Source: Dehalococcoidales bacterium (GTDB lineage: Bacteria; Chloroflexota; Dehalococcoidia; Dehalococcoidales; RBG-16-60-22). Taken from it: DNA of 64,000 nt. Positions 7,116-16,338 of this stretch are shown one piece after another (position 1 is the stretch's first letter; every line of letters starts with the position of its first letter). A model generated the notes under the pieces. The model was not told the DNA's origin. It saw nothing but the letters and a program-made list of their open reading frames with translations, and made no database searches. The position numbers and the translations under genes are program-made. Location of the stretch: assembly GCA_034434915.1 (NCBI GenBank), contig DAOTYE010000004.1, forward strand, positions 10,206 to 74,205, read 5' to 3'.

Positions 7116-9874
7116 AGGTCCCTGATTACCTTCCCCGGATTGAACAGTTCCAGAGGGTCAAAAGCTTGCTTCAGCCTCCGCATCAGCTCGTAATCGCTCC
7201 GCCCGCGGATGATGTCTGCTTTTTCTCTTATCGCCACCGGACCGCTCTCCATAAGGAAGAACCCGCCTATCCTGGCGGCGCGCTGAGAAAGCTCCGCAAT
7301 AACGGTCTCCAGCTTATCAGGCTGACCGTCTCCGCAAAAGAAAGCGGGATAGAGTATGCCGTTGCCGGCGCGCCCGCTGACACCCACCTGCCATTTGTGC
7401 TGGGCGGCGATTTCTTTAATCTCCTGATACATCTCAGCAAGTTTATTGTACGGTACCACCGCCTTCCCTTTGACCAGCTCAGGCGATTGATACAGGCGAA
7501 CTCCCCGCTGGGCTTCCCAGGCCTCCCGCTCATCATCACCATCCAGCACCACCACTGATTGTGCTCCGCTCGCCAAGGCGATGGCGCGGACTTCAGCGGC
7601 ATGGCGTTCAACCACCTCTCTGTTCCCGCTGGCACCGATGAGGAGCGCGAGCTCGCCTTCATTGAGCCTGAAATTGCTACCCGGGCTGAGAAAGCGGGTA
7701 GCCCCGCTATCAATCAGCTCCATTGATTCGGGTCTGAGGAAGGAAGAAAGTATGCTACTCGTCACCCGGGAGACGTCAGCAATGCTCGCCAGCTTGACCA
7801 TTACCGTCCGGTGGTCTTCTGGCAGATAGACCAGCCTCAGAACAGCGCTGGTGATGATGCCCAGCGTACCCCATGAGCCAAGCATCAGCTTACGCAAATC
7901 AAATCCGGCGACGTTTTTCATCGTCTTACTGCCCGCACGGACGATTTCACCCTGCGGCGTCACCATGGTAATCCGGAGCACGAGGTCGCGCGCCGTGCCA
8001 TAGAGCAACCGCCCGGGACCGCTGCTGTTCGTCGCCAAACTGCCACCGATGGTTGCCTGGGCACTATCCTCTGGCTCAAGCGGGAAATAGAGCCCCTGCT
8101 TCGCCAGCTCCATCTGCAGTTTAGCATGGCTCATGCCTGCCTCCACTTCAACTGTCAGATTAGGCGCATCAACCTCAATGATATTGTTCAGGTGCTTCAG
8201 AGACAGCACGATACCACTATTTTTCAAGGGCATACCCAGGCTCTGCTTGGAGCCATTGCCATAAGGTATGACCGGAATCCTTTCCCGCTCGGCAATTTTC
8301 ACCACGCCGCAGACCTGCTCATGGTTCGCCGGGAACACCACCATAAGCGGTTTCTTGCCGTCAATGACATATGAGGTTAATCCCTGCTGTTCCGCCGGGA
8401 CATTGTTCCCTCCCACGATGGCAATGACATCGCTGTAAAAGCTTTTGCCGGCTGACGGTTTGACCTGGCTGGTCTCAATTTCAGCTACCTTCACCGCACC
8501 AACCGGAATCACTTTGCCCGGATTGAGCAGGTTCAGGGGGTCAAAGACGCGTTTCACGCGGCTCATCAAATCCATCTCAGGCTGGGTGAACATGAGCGGC
8601 ATACTGCTCAGCTTTTCAACGCCTATGCCATGCTCTCCGGATATGGAACCGTCAAGCTTGACGCAGGCGGCGAGGATTTCTTTGCCCGCTTTTTCTACCC
8701 GATGGGTCTCATCCTGGTCTCTGACATCATATATCAGCAGGGGATGGAGATTGCCGTCCCCGGCATGGGCAACATTGCCGATGAGCACCCGGTATTTCTG
8801 CCCGATTTTGCTCACTTCTCTGAGCATGGGCACCATCTTATTACGCGGCACAGTGGCATCCTGCACGGAATAGGCTGACTTCAGCCGGGCGATTGCCCCG
8901 AAGGCGCCTCTTCTCCCGCGCCACAGTCCGTCCCGTTCCGCCGCGGTGCGCGCCAGCTTTACCTCGCGCGCCTTGCTGGCGCGGCAGATTTCCATGATGC
9001 GCTCCGCCTCACGGGAAAGCCCTTCTTTCACGCCATCAACTTCAATCAGCAGGAGCGCCTCAGCATCCAGCGGGTAGCCCACATGAAAGCTGTCCTCAAT
9101 CGCTTTGACCACGGTATTGTCAAGGAGCTCAAGAGCGGCGGGGACAATGCCTGCGGCAATAATATCTGACACTGCCTGACCGGCATCTTCCAGAGTATTA
9201 AAAATAGCCATGAGAGTCTGGTAAGCTTCCGGCAGGCGCATGATGCGCACGGTGATTTTCGTGGCGATGCCCATCGTCCCCTCCGAGCCAACGACAGGAC
9301 CGAGCAGGTCATAGCCATAGCTATCATCAACCGGAGAGCCAAGCTGGACAATGCGGCCGTCAGGGAGCACCCACTCCAGTGCCATGATGTGGTTGGAGGT
9401 AACGCCGTACTTCAGACAGTGCGGACCGCCGGCATCTTCACCCAGATTGCCGCCCACAGTGCTGTTCTTCTGGCTGGCGGGGTCAGGGGCATACATATAG
9501 CCCAGAGGCAGGAGGGCATTCTGGAGGTCAAGGTTCACCACGCCGGGTTCAACCACAGCCCGCTGGCGAGCCGGGTCCACTTCCAGGATGCGGTTCATAC
9601 GGCTCAACTCAAGGACGATGCCACCATTGTGAGGCACCGTGCCGCCAGAAAGGTTGGTGCCGGCACCGCGGACGACCACCGGTATTTTATAGCGGGAGGC
9701 TATCTGCATTACCTCGGAGACCTGTGCCGTATTCTCCGCAATGACCACAATGTCTGGCAATGCCTGCTTGCCGGTGGCATCATAGGAATAAGCCACTAAA
9801 TCAGGCGGTGAGGACAATACATTCCGGGAGCCCACCGCCTTGCTTAGAAGCTTGACAATCTCTTTTTTGTTCAC
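7112..9874 (-). CDS. Fused FAD-linked oxidase with two PCMH FAD-binding modules (GlcD-like N-half plus GlcE-like C-half)
   Basis: 920 aa. The first half has RGAGTNLSGG and ends ...LNPGKV. The second half restarts with a FAD-binding domain (PYGNGSKQSLG) and ends ...FNPGKV. Confidence 0.75.
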   Translation of the reverse strand: MNKKEIVKLLSKAVGSRNVLSSPPDLVAYSYDATGKQALPDIVVIAENTAQVSEVMQIASRYKIPVVVRGAGTNLSGGTVPHNGGIVLELSRMNRILEVDPARQRAVVEPGVVNLDLQNALLPLGYMYAPDPASQKNSTVGGNLGEDAGGPHCLKYGVTSNHIMALEWVLPDGRIVQLGSPVDDSYGYDLLGPVVGSEGTMGIATKITVRIMRLPEAYQTLMAIFNTLEDAGQAVSDIIAAGIVPAALELLDNTVVKAIEDSFHVGYPLDAEALLLIEVDGVKEGLSREAERIMEICRASKAREVKLARTAAERDGLWRGRRGAFGAIARLKSAYSVQDATVPRNKMVPMLREVSKIGQKYRVLIGNVAHAGDGNLHPLLIYDVRDQDETHRVEKAGKEILAACVKLDGSISGEHGIGVEKLSSMPLMFTQPEMDLMSRVKRVFDPLNLLNPGKVIPVGAVKVAEIETSQVKPSAGKSFYSDVIAIVGGNNVPAEQQGLTSYVIDGKKPLMVVFPANHEQVCGVVKIAERERIPVIPYGNGSKQSLGMPLKNSGIVLSLKHLNNIIEVDAPNLTVEVEAGMSHAKLQMELAKQGLYFPLEPEDSAQATIGGSLATNSSGPGRLLYGTARDLVLRITMVTPQGEIVRAGSKTMKNVAGFDLRKLMLGSWGTLGIITSAVLRLVYLPEDHRTVMVKLASIADVSRVTSSILSSFLRPESMELIDSGATRFLSPGSNFRLNEGELALLIGASGNREVVERHAAEVRAIALASGAQSVVVLDGDDEREAWEAQRGVRLYQSPELVKGKAVVPYNKLAEMYQEIKEIAAQHKWQVGVSGRAGNGILYPAFFCGDGQPDKLETVIAELSQRAARIGGFFLMESGPVAIREKADIIRGRSDYELMRRLKQAFDPLELFNPGKVIRDL

Positions 9875-9922
9875 TGTCTTAAATTATAACAGGCGCAATC
9901 TTAATGCACAAGTAAAATCAGG

Positions 9923-11008
9923 CTACCCCCCCGGTTTATCCAGCTTAACACGGCTACCGGGCATTATCCGGGCGCCTGGCGTCAGCGTGCTCCCGTTTTC
10001 CACAGTGACCCTATCGCCCAGCACGCAGTTTTCAAGTATCTGACAATCGCGTTCCACACAGGTCGCCGCACCGACAACGCAATCTCTCAGGACGCTCCTT
10101 TCCGCCACCTGCGAGCTTGCCCAGACCACTGCCCTTTCAATAATCACCCCCTGCCCAACCTGGCAATGCGGGCCGAGCACTGCGGGACCGATGATTCGCG
10201 TGTCTGCCGCAATCTCACAGCTATTTCCGATGAGCACCGGACCATGGATTTGAGCAGAGGAATGGATGCGGCAATCTCTTTCAACCCTCACATCTTTGCC
10301 CAGACGTGAGAGCAGGTCATGATTTGCCTTTAGATACTTCTCAGGCGTGCCGATGTCAATCCAGTAGGCATGAGAAGGATAAGCAAGCATGAATTCGCCC
10401 GATTCAAGCAACTTCGGGAACACGTGGTGCTCAAACATGACGCGGGTGGCGGGAGGGATATCGCGTAGTACCTCAGGTTCAATAATATAGATGCCAGCGT
10501 TAATCATATTGGTGGTTACTTTGTCCCAGGCAGGCTTTTCCACAAAACGCCGCACCCTGCCATCAGCTTCTGTTTCCACCACGCCGTAGATAGTGGGGTT
10601 TTCCACCGGCGTGAGAGCGATACTCACTCTGGGTTTCATAGCCTTATGTTTCTCAATCATGCCGGTGAGGTCTATTTCCGTGAGAACATCGCCGTTAAAG
10701 ACTAGGAATGTCTGCCCGTCAAGATATGGCTCAGCATTTTTCACCGCCCCTGCCGTGCCCAGAGGTTTATCTTCCACCAGGAATGTCAGCTTCACGCCGT
10801 ACTGGCGCCCATCGCCGAGGCACTGATGAATGGGCGCAGGCAGATATCCCATGGCGAGGATAACATCATCAATGCCATGCTTCTTGAGATATAAGAGAAG
10901 ATGTTCCAGGAACGGGCGGTTGAGGATGGGGACGATTGCCTTCGGCGTATTGCAGGTGAGGGGCTGGAGCCTTGTCCCCTCCCCGCCAACAAGAATGACC
11001 GCTTTCAT
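9923..11008 (-). CDS. NDP-sugar pyrophosphorylase (mannose-1-phosphate guanylyltransferase / glucose-1-phosphate nucleotidyltransferase family) with C-terminal left-handed beta-helix
   Basis: N-terminal MKAVILVGGEGTRLQPLT signature. C-terminal hexapeptide-repeat region. Confidence 0.8.
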   Translation of the reverse strand: MKAVILVGGEGTRLQPLTCNTPKAIVPILNRPFLEHLLLYLKKHGIDDVILAMGYLPAPIHQCLGDGRQYGVKLTFLVEDKPLGTAGAVKNAEPYLDGQTFLVFNGDVLTEIDLTGMIEKHKAMKPRVSIALTPVENPTIYGVVETEADGRVRRFVEKPAWDKVTTNMINAGIYIIEPEVLRDIPPATRVMFEHHVFPKLLESGEFMLAYPSHAYWIDIGTPEKYLKANHDLLSRLGKDVRVERDCRIHSSAQIHGPVLIGNSCEIAADTRIIGPAVLGPHCQVGQGVIIERAVVWASSQVAERSVLRDCVVGAATCVERDCQILENCVLGDRVTVENGSTLTPGARIMPGSRVKLDKPGG

Positions 11009-11104
11009 ACCTTTTTAACTTTAGCCCAGACCGATAGCTGTGTCAATTTACTTCCTTGACAGCGGGCAATGTGGTGGCTTAACATACGTATACTCAGAAA
11101 CGCA

Positions 11105-11470
11105 ATGAACGATAAGTTACCGCGCAGAATAGAAAAACCGTGGGGATATGAGCTTTTATTTGCCTGCACGCCGAAGTATGCCGGCAAAATCATCTCAGTG
11201 AAAAAGGGCCACCGCCTCAGCCTGCAATATCACCGGCAGAAAGATGAGGTTATCTATCTCCACGCCGGGAAAGCCCTTCTAGAAATCGGCGAAAAGGGGA
11301 AACCGCTTAAATCATCCACTCTTGAGCCGGGTCAGTGCATCCACGTTACTCCTCACACCACCCACCGCCTCAAAGCGCTGGAGGATTCCACATTCCTGGA
11401 AGTCTCTACTCCGGAGCTGGAAGACGTGGTTAGACTTGAAGATGACTACGGGAGAACGGGGAAAAGCTGA
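11105..11470 (+). CDS. Cupin-domain protein (type II phosphomannose isomerase-like)
   Basis: EKPWGYE...LSLQYHRQKDEVIYL cupin motif. Start set at ATG 11105; the ORF extends to 11069. Divergent from the NDP-sugar gene. Confidence 0.65.
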   Translation: MNDKLPRRIEKPWGYELLFACTPKYAGKIISVKKGHRLSLQYHRQKDEVIYLHAGKALLEIGEKGKPLKSSTLEPGQCIHVTPHTTHRLKALEDSTFLEVSTPELEDVVRLEDDYGRTGKS

Positions 11471-11478
11471 TTTCCTGG

Positions 11479-12885
11479 CTAATCAAGCTCCATAACCTCC
11501 CCGTAATGGGGCACCACCACCTGCCAGCCCGTCTTTTGTTGCACCAGCTCAGCAAAGTTGCGCGATGATTCCGGCTCGCCGTGGACGATGATAACGCGGC
11601 GCGGCGGCTGTGTGAGTGAAGAAAGCCAGCGGAGCAGGTCGTTTCTATCGGCATGGGCGGAAAGCCCTTCCAGGCGGGCGATGCGGGCGCGCACGCGGTA
11701 ATACTTGCCCAGTATTCTCACCTTTCTGGCGCCATCCACAATTTCTCTGCCCAGCGTCCCCACCGCCTGGTAGCCGACAAAGAGAACCGTGCTGGCGGGA
11801 CGGCTGATATTGGTGACGAGGTGGTGCTTGATTCTGCCGCCGGTGACCATCCCTGACCCGGCGATAATCATCACCGTGCCCTTGATGTGGTTGATTGCTT
11901 TTGATTCATCAACTGACTCAACCATTTTCAGACCGGGGAAATCAAACGGAGACTTCTTCTCCTTCAGCAGGCGCCTCATTTCTTCGTCAAACAACTCAGC
12001 GTGGCGCTTGAACACCTCAGTGATGCTGACCGCCATGGGGCTGTCCAGAAACACCATGATGTGCGGGATGCGGTCGGCAAGCAGAAGTTTGTTCATATAA
12101 TAGAGAATCTCCTGACTGCGCTCCAGGGCAAAGCTGGGGACGATGATATTGCCCCGCTTTTTCCAGGTGGTGTTCACAATCTCCGCAAGGCTGTCCTCAA
12201 TGTTCTCATCATCAGGATGCTCGCGGTCGCCGTAGGTGGACTCTATGATGACGTAATCGGTCGTGCGGAAGATATCAGGGTCGCGGATAATGGGACGGTT
12301 CCACCGCCCGAGGTCGCCAGAGAACGTGATGGTCTTCACTTCTCCATTCTGCCTGACAGCGACCTTTATCGTCGCGGAGCCGAGGACATGCCCGGCATCG
12401 TAGAACGTGGCGCTTATTCCATCGCCGAGGTTAACTGTTTCTCTATATCTCACCGGCGCAAAAAATGGGATTGACGCCCTGGCATCCTCTACGGTATAAA
12501 GAGGCACTTCCGGGTAAGGACCTTTTCTTTTCTCGCGCTCGTGGCGCTTCTTCTTAAACTCAGCGTCTTCTTCCTGCAGGCGTGCCGTGTCCAGAAGCAT
12601 TATCGGCGCGAGGTCGGCAGTCGCCTCAGTGCAGTAGATTTTACCCCGGAAGCCATCGCGCACCAGTTTAGGAATGAGGCCGCAGTGGTCAACATGGGCA
12701 TGGGAGAGGAGAACGGCGCGTATGGTCTGCGGCGGGACGGGGAAAGGCTCCCAGTTCCGGCCGCGGAGCTGCCTTTCCTGGTACAGCCCGCATTCTATCA
12801 GCACACGGGTTTCATTTGCTTCAAGAAGATACCGCGAGCCAGTGACGTTTCCCGCCGCGCCCAGAAAAGCAATTTTGATTTGCAG
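11479..12885 (-). CDS. MBL-fold beta-CASP RNA-metabolising hydrolase (RNase J/CPSF-like)
   Basis: HAHVDHCG motif and beta-CASP region. The conserved N-terminus (IKIAFLGAAGNVTGSRYLLE) lies upstream of the first ATG, so the start is inferred at CTG 12885, 5 nt after a GGAGGTG SD. Confidence 0.75.
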   Translation of the reverse strand: MQIKIAFLGAAGNVTGSRYLLEANETRVLIECGLYQERQLRGRNWEPFPVPPQTIRAVLLSHAHVDHCGLIPKLVRDGFRGKIYCTEATADLAPIMLLDTARLQEEDAEFKKKRHEREKRKGPYPEVPLYTVEDARASIPFFAPVRYRETVNLGDGISATFYDAGHVLGSATIKVAVRQNGEVKTITFSGDLGRWNRPIIRDPDIFRTTDYVIIESTYGDREHPDDENIEDSLAEIVNTTWKKRGNIIVPSFALERSQEILYYMNKLLLADRIPHIMVFLDSPMAVSITEVFKRHAELFDEEMRRLLKEKKSPFDFPGLKMVESVDESKAINHIKGTVMIIAGSGMVTGGRIKHHLVTNISRPASTVLFVGYQAVGTLGREIVDGARKVRILGKYYRVRARIARLEGLSAHADRNDLLRWLSSLTQPPRRVIIVHGEPESSRNFAELVQQKTGWQVVVPHYGEVMELD

Positions 12886-12926
12886 GATAACACCTCCACC
12901 GCCTATTTCTTACCATAATACCGCTT

Positions 12927-13127
12927 TTACCTCAGCAACCCGACGCGCAGTAAAACGATATGCATGGGCAGGTAAGTTGGACCAGCGGGGTGGAACATGC
13001 AGAATAAGCTCGGGAAGAGCACATCCAGCGCAATAAATACCGCCGCACTGACATAGCTACGTATGTCAGTGAACTGCAATAAGAGCGGCAGGGCCATTGT
13101 TTTCGCCTGAACCAATACTGCCGTCAT
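12927..13127 (-). CDS. Small hydrophobic protein (66 aa), possibly a truncated membrane-transporter substrate-binding component
   Basis: Good SD (AAGAGGGA) and two predicted TM stretches. Family assignment is uncertain. Confidence 0.3.
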   Translation of the reverse strand: MTAVLVQAKTMALPLLLQFTDIRSYVSAAVFIALDVLFPSLFCMFHPAGPTYLPMHIVLLRVGLLR

Positions 13128-13147
13128 AACTGTCCCTCTTTATCGCT

Positions 13148-14266
13148 TTACTTTACTATCTTCGCTATTTTTTCGGTAGATTTCAATCCATGCCCCGTAA
13201 ATACCGAGACAATAATTTCTTCCCGCTCAGCCGGTGACAGATATTTTTTGACCCCGGCGATGGTGGCGGCGGAGGTCGGTTCAATATAATACCCCCTCTT
13301 GCCCATATCGCGCCAGGCTTCCTTGATTTCCGCCTCGCTGACGGCAATAAAACTCCCCCCGCTCTCCTGCACCGCATCCACAATCTGCCTGCCGCGTACC
13401 GGCTCGGCGATGGCGATGCCTTCAGCAAGCGTGTCTTTTTTTTCTATTTTCGGAATTAAAGCGGACTTATCCATGAACGCCCGGTAGAGGGGAGCGCAGT
13501 TCTCTGCCTGAACGGCAATCAACCTCGGCATCTGGTGGATAATGCGTGCTTTCTGCAGTTCCTGAAAGCCGATATATGCCCCCAACAAGAGGGTGCCATT
13601 GCCCACCGGCAGGATAACAGCGTCCGGCGCCTGCCAGCCGAGCTGTTCGCACACCTCAAAGGCAAACGTCTTCGTCCCCTGAAAGAAGAACGGGTTCCAG
13701 GAGTGGCTGGCGTAATAAATGGTTTCTGCCGCCTTCAGGACAGCCCTTGCCGTATCTTCACGATTGCCCGGCACTTTTACCAGGTCAGCGCCATACAGTT
13801 TAACCTGGGCAACTTTGCCAGCGGAGGTATCTGAAGGTAAGAAAATCTGACACCGTATGCCGGCTCTGGCGCAGTAGCCCGCGATTGCCGCACCGGCATT
13901 CCCGGATGAGTCTTCCACCACCTCTGCAATGCCGAGCTCTTTCACCTTGCTGATGAGAACAGTTGCGCCGCGGTCCTTATATGAGCCGGTGGGGAACAGG
14001 TGGTCCTGCTTCACCAGCACCGGTCTGCCGTCAAAACTGATTTCAAGTAGCGGAGTAAATCCCTCTTCAAACGATACGATGTGCGCATCATCAGCGATGG
14101 GAATGGCTTCCCGGTAGCGCCACATGGTGGGCTTTCTCTGTGAGATGACTTTGCAATTGAACTCCGGCTCAAATTCAATATCAAGGTATGAGCCGCATTC
14201 ACAGCGCCATCTCGGCTCATTAAGGGAATAGCCAGCAAGACAGCGGGGGCAGACTAGCTGGTTCAT
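13148..14266 (-). CDS. ThrC-family fold-type II PLP enzyme (second paralog) with N-terminal zinc-ribbon
   Basis: CPRC...CECG ribbon, PLP-Lys motif TGSYKDRG, and SSGNAG. Confidence 0.75.
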   Translation of the reverse strand: MNQLVCPRCLAGYSLNEPRWRCECGSYLDIEFEPEFNCKVISQRKPTMWRYREAIPIADDAHIVSFEEGFTPLLEISFDGRPVLVKQDHLFPTGSYKDRGATVLISKVKELGIAEVVEDSSGNAGAAIAGYCARAGIRCQIFLPSDTSAGKVAQVKLYGADLVKVPGNREDTARAVLKAAETIYYASHSWNPFFFQGTKTFAFEVCEQLGWQAPDAVILPVGNGTLLLGAYIGFQELQKARIIHQMPRLIAVQAENCAPLYRAFMDKSALIPKIEKKDTLAEGIAIAEPVRGRQIVDAVQESGGSFIAVSEAEIKEAWRDMGKRGYYIEPTSAATIAGVKKYLSPAEREEIIVSVFTGHGLKSTEKIAKIVK

Positions 14267-14649
14267 GGCTCTTTTTTGACTGCGGCGGTAGCTTCCATCT
14301 CAATTTGAAAGCCGTGGTGCAGTTTCTTCGTGGGCACAACCGCCCGCGCCGGCTTGTGGTCACCGAAGAAGCGGGCATAGACCGCATTGACCCTACCCCA
14401 CAGCTCAATATCAGATATGTACACCGTCGTCTTTAGGACCCGGCTCAGGTCGGAACCAGCCGCCTTGAGGATTGCCGAGATATTGTTGAGCACCTGCTCC
14501 GTCTGCTCCTCAATTGAGCCGAGCTTCTTCTCCCCGGTCTCAGGGTCTATGGGCAATTGCCCGGCGACATAGACAATACCATTATGGACAACCGCCTGAG
14601 AGTAATGACCGGCGGGCTTGGGTGCGCCCGGCGTTTCAATGACTTTCAT
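14263..14649 (-). CDS. ridA: RidA/YjgF family reactive-intermediate deaminase
   Basis: APKPAGHYSQAVVHNGIVYVAGQ signature. Start set at MKVIETPG. 4-nt overlap with the downstream ThrC-like gene. Confidence 0.8.
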   Translation of the reverse strand: MKVIETPGAPKPAGHYSQAVVHNGIVYVAGQLPIDPETGEKKLGSIEEQTEQVLNNISAILKAAGSDLSRVLKTTVYISDIELWGRVNAVYARFFGDHKPARAVVPTKKLHHGFQIEMEATAAVKKEP

Positions 14650-14718
14650 CCGCCTGCTCTCCAACCCCAAGTTTAGCACAACGCCCGTAAAGAAGGAATA
14701 TGGTCACTCTTTTCTGTC

Positions 14719-14747
14719 TTGTCTTAAGAGTGGTGTTGCATTATACT
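14719..14747 (+). promoter_or_regulatory. Candidate promoter upstream of nurA
   Basis: TTGTCT (14719-14724), 17 nt spacer, TATACT (14742-14747). A CACTCTT/AAGAGTG inverted repeat (14706-14732) overlaps the -35. Confidence 0.4.
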
Positions 14748-14766
14748 TTGGCTAAAGGAGAGAGCC

Positions 14767-15966
14767 GTGTCATTGGACCTGAACAAAGTGGCGCCTCAGG
14801 TGGACAGCATGGTGTCCCGGCTCAAGGAAGCCCGCACCGACCGTGAAAAGCGCCTCCGCCGCGCCCTCAGTGTGGCAGGCGATAAAGCCATTGACCTGGA
14901 CAAGCTGAAGCGCAAGATTGCCGCCAGCAAGACCACGTGGCTTGTCGCCGCGCTGGTGGAGGGCATCGCTGACCGCCACCCTGCTCCACCCGCTCCCCCG
15001 GACTTCACTGTGTTAGCCACGGACGGCTCGCACATTGACGTTGACCGCCACCGCAGTACGCGCTGTTACCTCATCAATATCGGCGCGGCAGTGCTCAGCT
15101 ACGGCGCCAAGCCTGACGCCCTCCTCGCCAGCTTCCCCACCCTCTACGCAAATGATGAAGATTTGGTCATCACCTCGCCGGACGCGAGAGACCGCGAGCA
15201 GATGATTGAAGGCAATTTGCTTGGCGCCAGGAGGGCGGTGGAGGAATGTAAACGGCTTGCCTGCCTTGCCTCGGAATTGCCTGCAGGAAGCACCAGCCTC
15301 GCTCTGCTTGACGGCACGCTTATCCTGTGGGGGCTGGAAGCCTACCCGGACTTCGTTGCCAAAGCGATGCTGGACAAAGGTCTCATTCTTTGCCTTGACG
15401 ACCTGAAAAAGCTCAGTGCCGACCGCACCCTAGCCCTCGCCAGCTATATCAGCTTCCCGCGCAGTACCGATGTGGTCAATGCCCTGCGCGTGGCAATCTG
15501 CCCCTACGAGCCCGCCGACTGCGACCGCCACTGTGCCGAGAAAAAGGAAAAAGACTGTGGGGAGGTCGCCGGGGTGCAGGACCGGGAGCTGTTCGCCAGC
15601 CTGCTTGAGGAGGGGGAGCGCTCAGCGCTGTTCATCAGCCAGTCGTCCGTGGTGCAGGAGCACTATCAAGGACACGATGTGTTCTTCTTTTATCTCAAGG
15701 CAGGTGATGAGGTGGCGCGGGTGGAAATACCGCAGTGGGTGGCATTAGACAAGAGACTGCTGGAGCTGACCCATTCTCTCATTCTGGACCAGTGCCGGCG
15801 CGGGCACGGCTACCCGGTGGCGCTCAGTGAAGCCCATGAGCAGGCGGTGGTGACCGGGGCGGACCGGGAAAACTTCTGGCAGTTAGTAGAATCAATGTGC
15901 GTGGCAGAGAAAATGCCGAACGTAACCTCTGCCAAGAGCATTAGTAAAAGGACGAGGTGGGTGTAA
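14767..15966 (+). CDS. nurA: NurA-domain nuclease
   Basis: 399 aa. GTG start 7 nt after AAGGAG. NurA-like motifs VLATDGSHID and LLDGTLILWG. Confidence 0.7.
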   Translation: MSLDLNKVAPQVDSMVSRLKEARTDREKRLRRALSVAGDKAIDLDKLKRKIAASKTTWLVAALVEGIADRHPAPPAPPDFTVLATDGSHIDVDRHRSTRCYLINIGAAVLSYGAKPDALLASFPTLYANDEDLVITSPDARDREQMIEGNLLGARRAVEECKRLACLASELPAGSTSLALLDGTLILWGLEAYPDFVAKAMLDKGLILCLDDLKKLSADRTLALASYISFPRSTDVVNALRVAICPYEPADCDRHCAEKKEKDCGEVAGVQDRELFASLLEEGERSALFISQSSVVQEHYQGHDVFFFYLKAGDEVARVEIPQWVALDKRLLELTHSLILDQCRRGHGYPVALSEAHEQAVVTGADRENFWQLVESMCVAEKMPNVTSAKSISKRTRWV

Positions 15967-15971
15967 CGGAC

Positions 15972-16015
15972 AAACTCTAAATCCTAAATACGAAATACTA
16001 AACAAATTCAAATGA
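15972..16015. repeat. Left arm of the imperfect inverted repeat flanking the 4-helix-bundle gene remnant
   Basis: AAACTCTAAATCCTAAA (15972-15988) is the exact reverse complement of 16289-16305. Both arms end with ATTCAAATGA or its complement. Confidence 0.8.
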
Positions 16016-16250
16016 ACGAATATAGAAATTCAAAACGCTATGACCTAGAAGAACGGACTTTGAAGTTCGCCAGAGAGGTGATAGTATTCACAAACACTCT
16101 ACCCAAAACTTTGACAAACATTGAAACAATAAAACAGGTTATTCGGTCTTCAAGTTCAATTGTAGCAAACTATATTGAAGCGAATGAAGCCCTAATGAAG
16201 CCACCGAACTTATGAAAATCTTCGGTGCCATCATTGAAAAGATTAAATAA
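16012..16250 (+). pseudogene. Four-helix-bundle protein ('23S rRNA intervening-sequence protein' family) with an internal deletion/frameshift
   Basis: The N-part, DLEERTLKFAREVI...QVIRSSSSIVANYIEANEA, stops at 16215. The expected C-terminus ELMKIFGAIIEKIK is present in another frame and ends at 16250. About 40 aa of the middle are missing, and AATGAAGCC is duplicated at the junction. Confidence 0.7.
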
Positions 16251-16260
16251 ATGATTTCGG

Positions 16261-16310
16261 TCATTTGAATTTTGAATTTGGATAATTGTTTAGGATTTAG
16301 AGTTTAGTAT
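16261..16310. repeat. Right arm of the inverted repeat flanking the 4-helix-bundle remnant
   Basis: Its reverse complement contains AAACTCTAAATCCTAAA and ...ATTCAAATGA, matching the left arm. Confidence 0.8.
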
Positions 16311-16338
16311 TTAGGAATTTGAAACCTCAGGAGAAACT

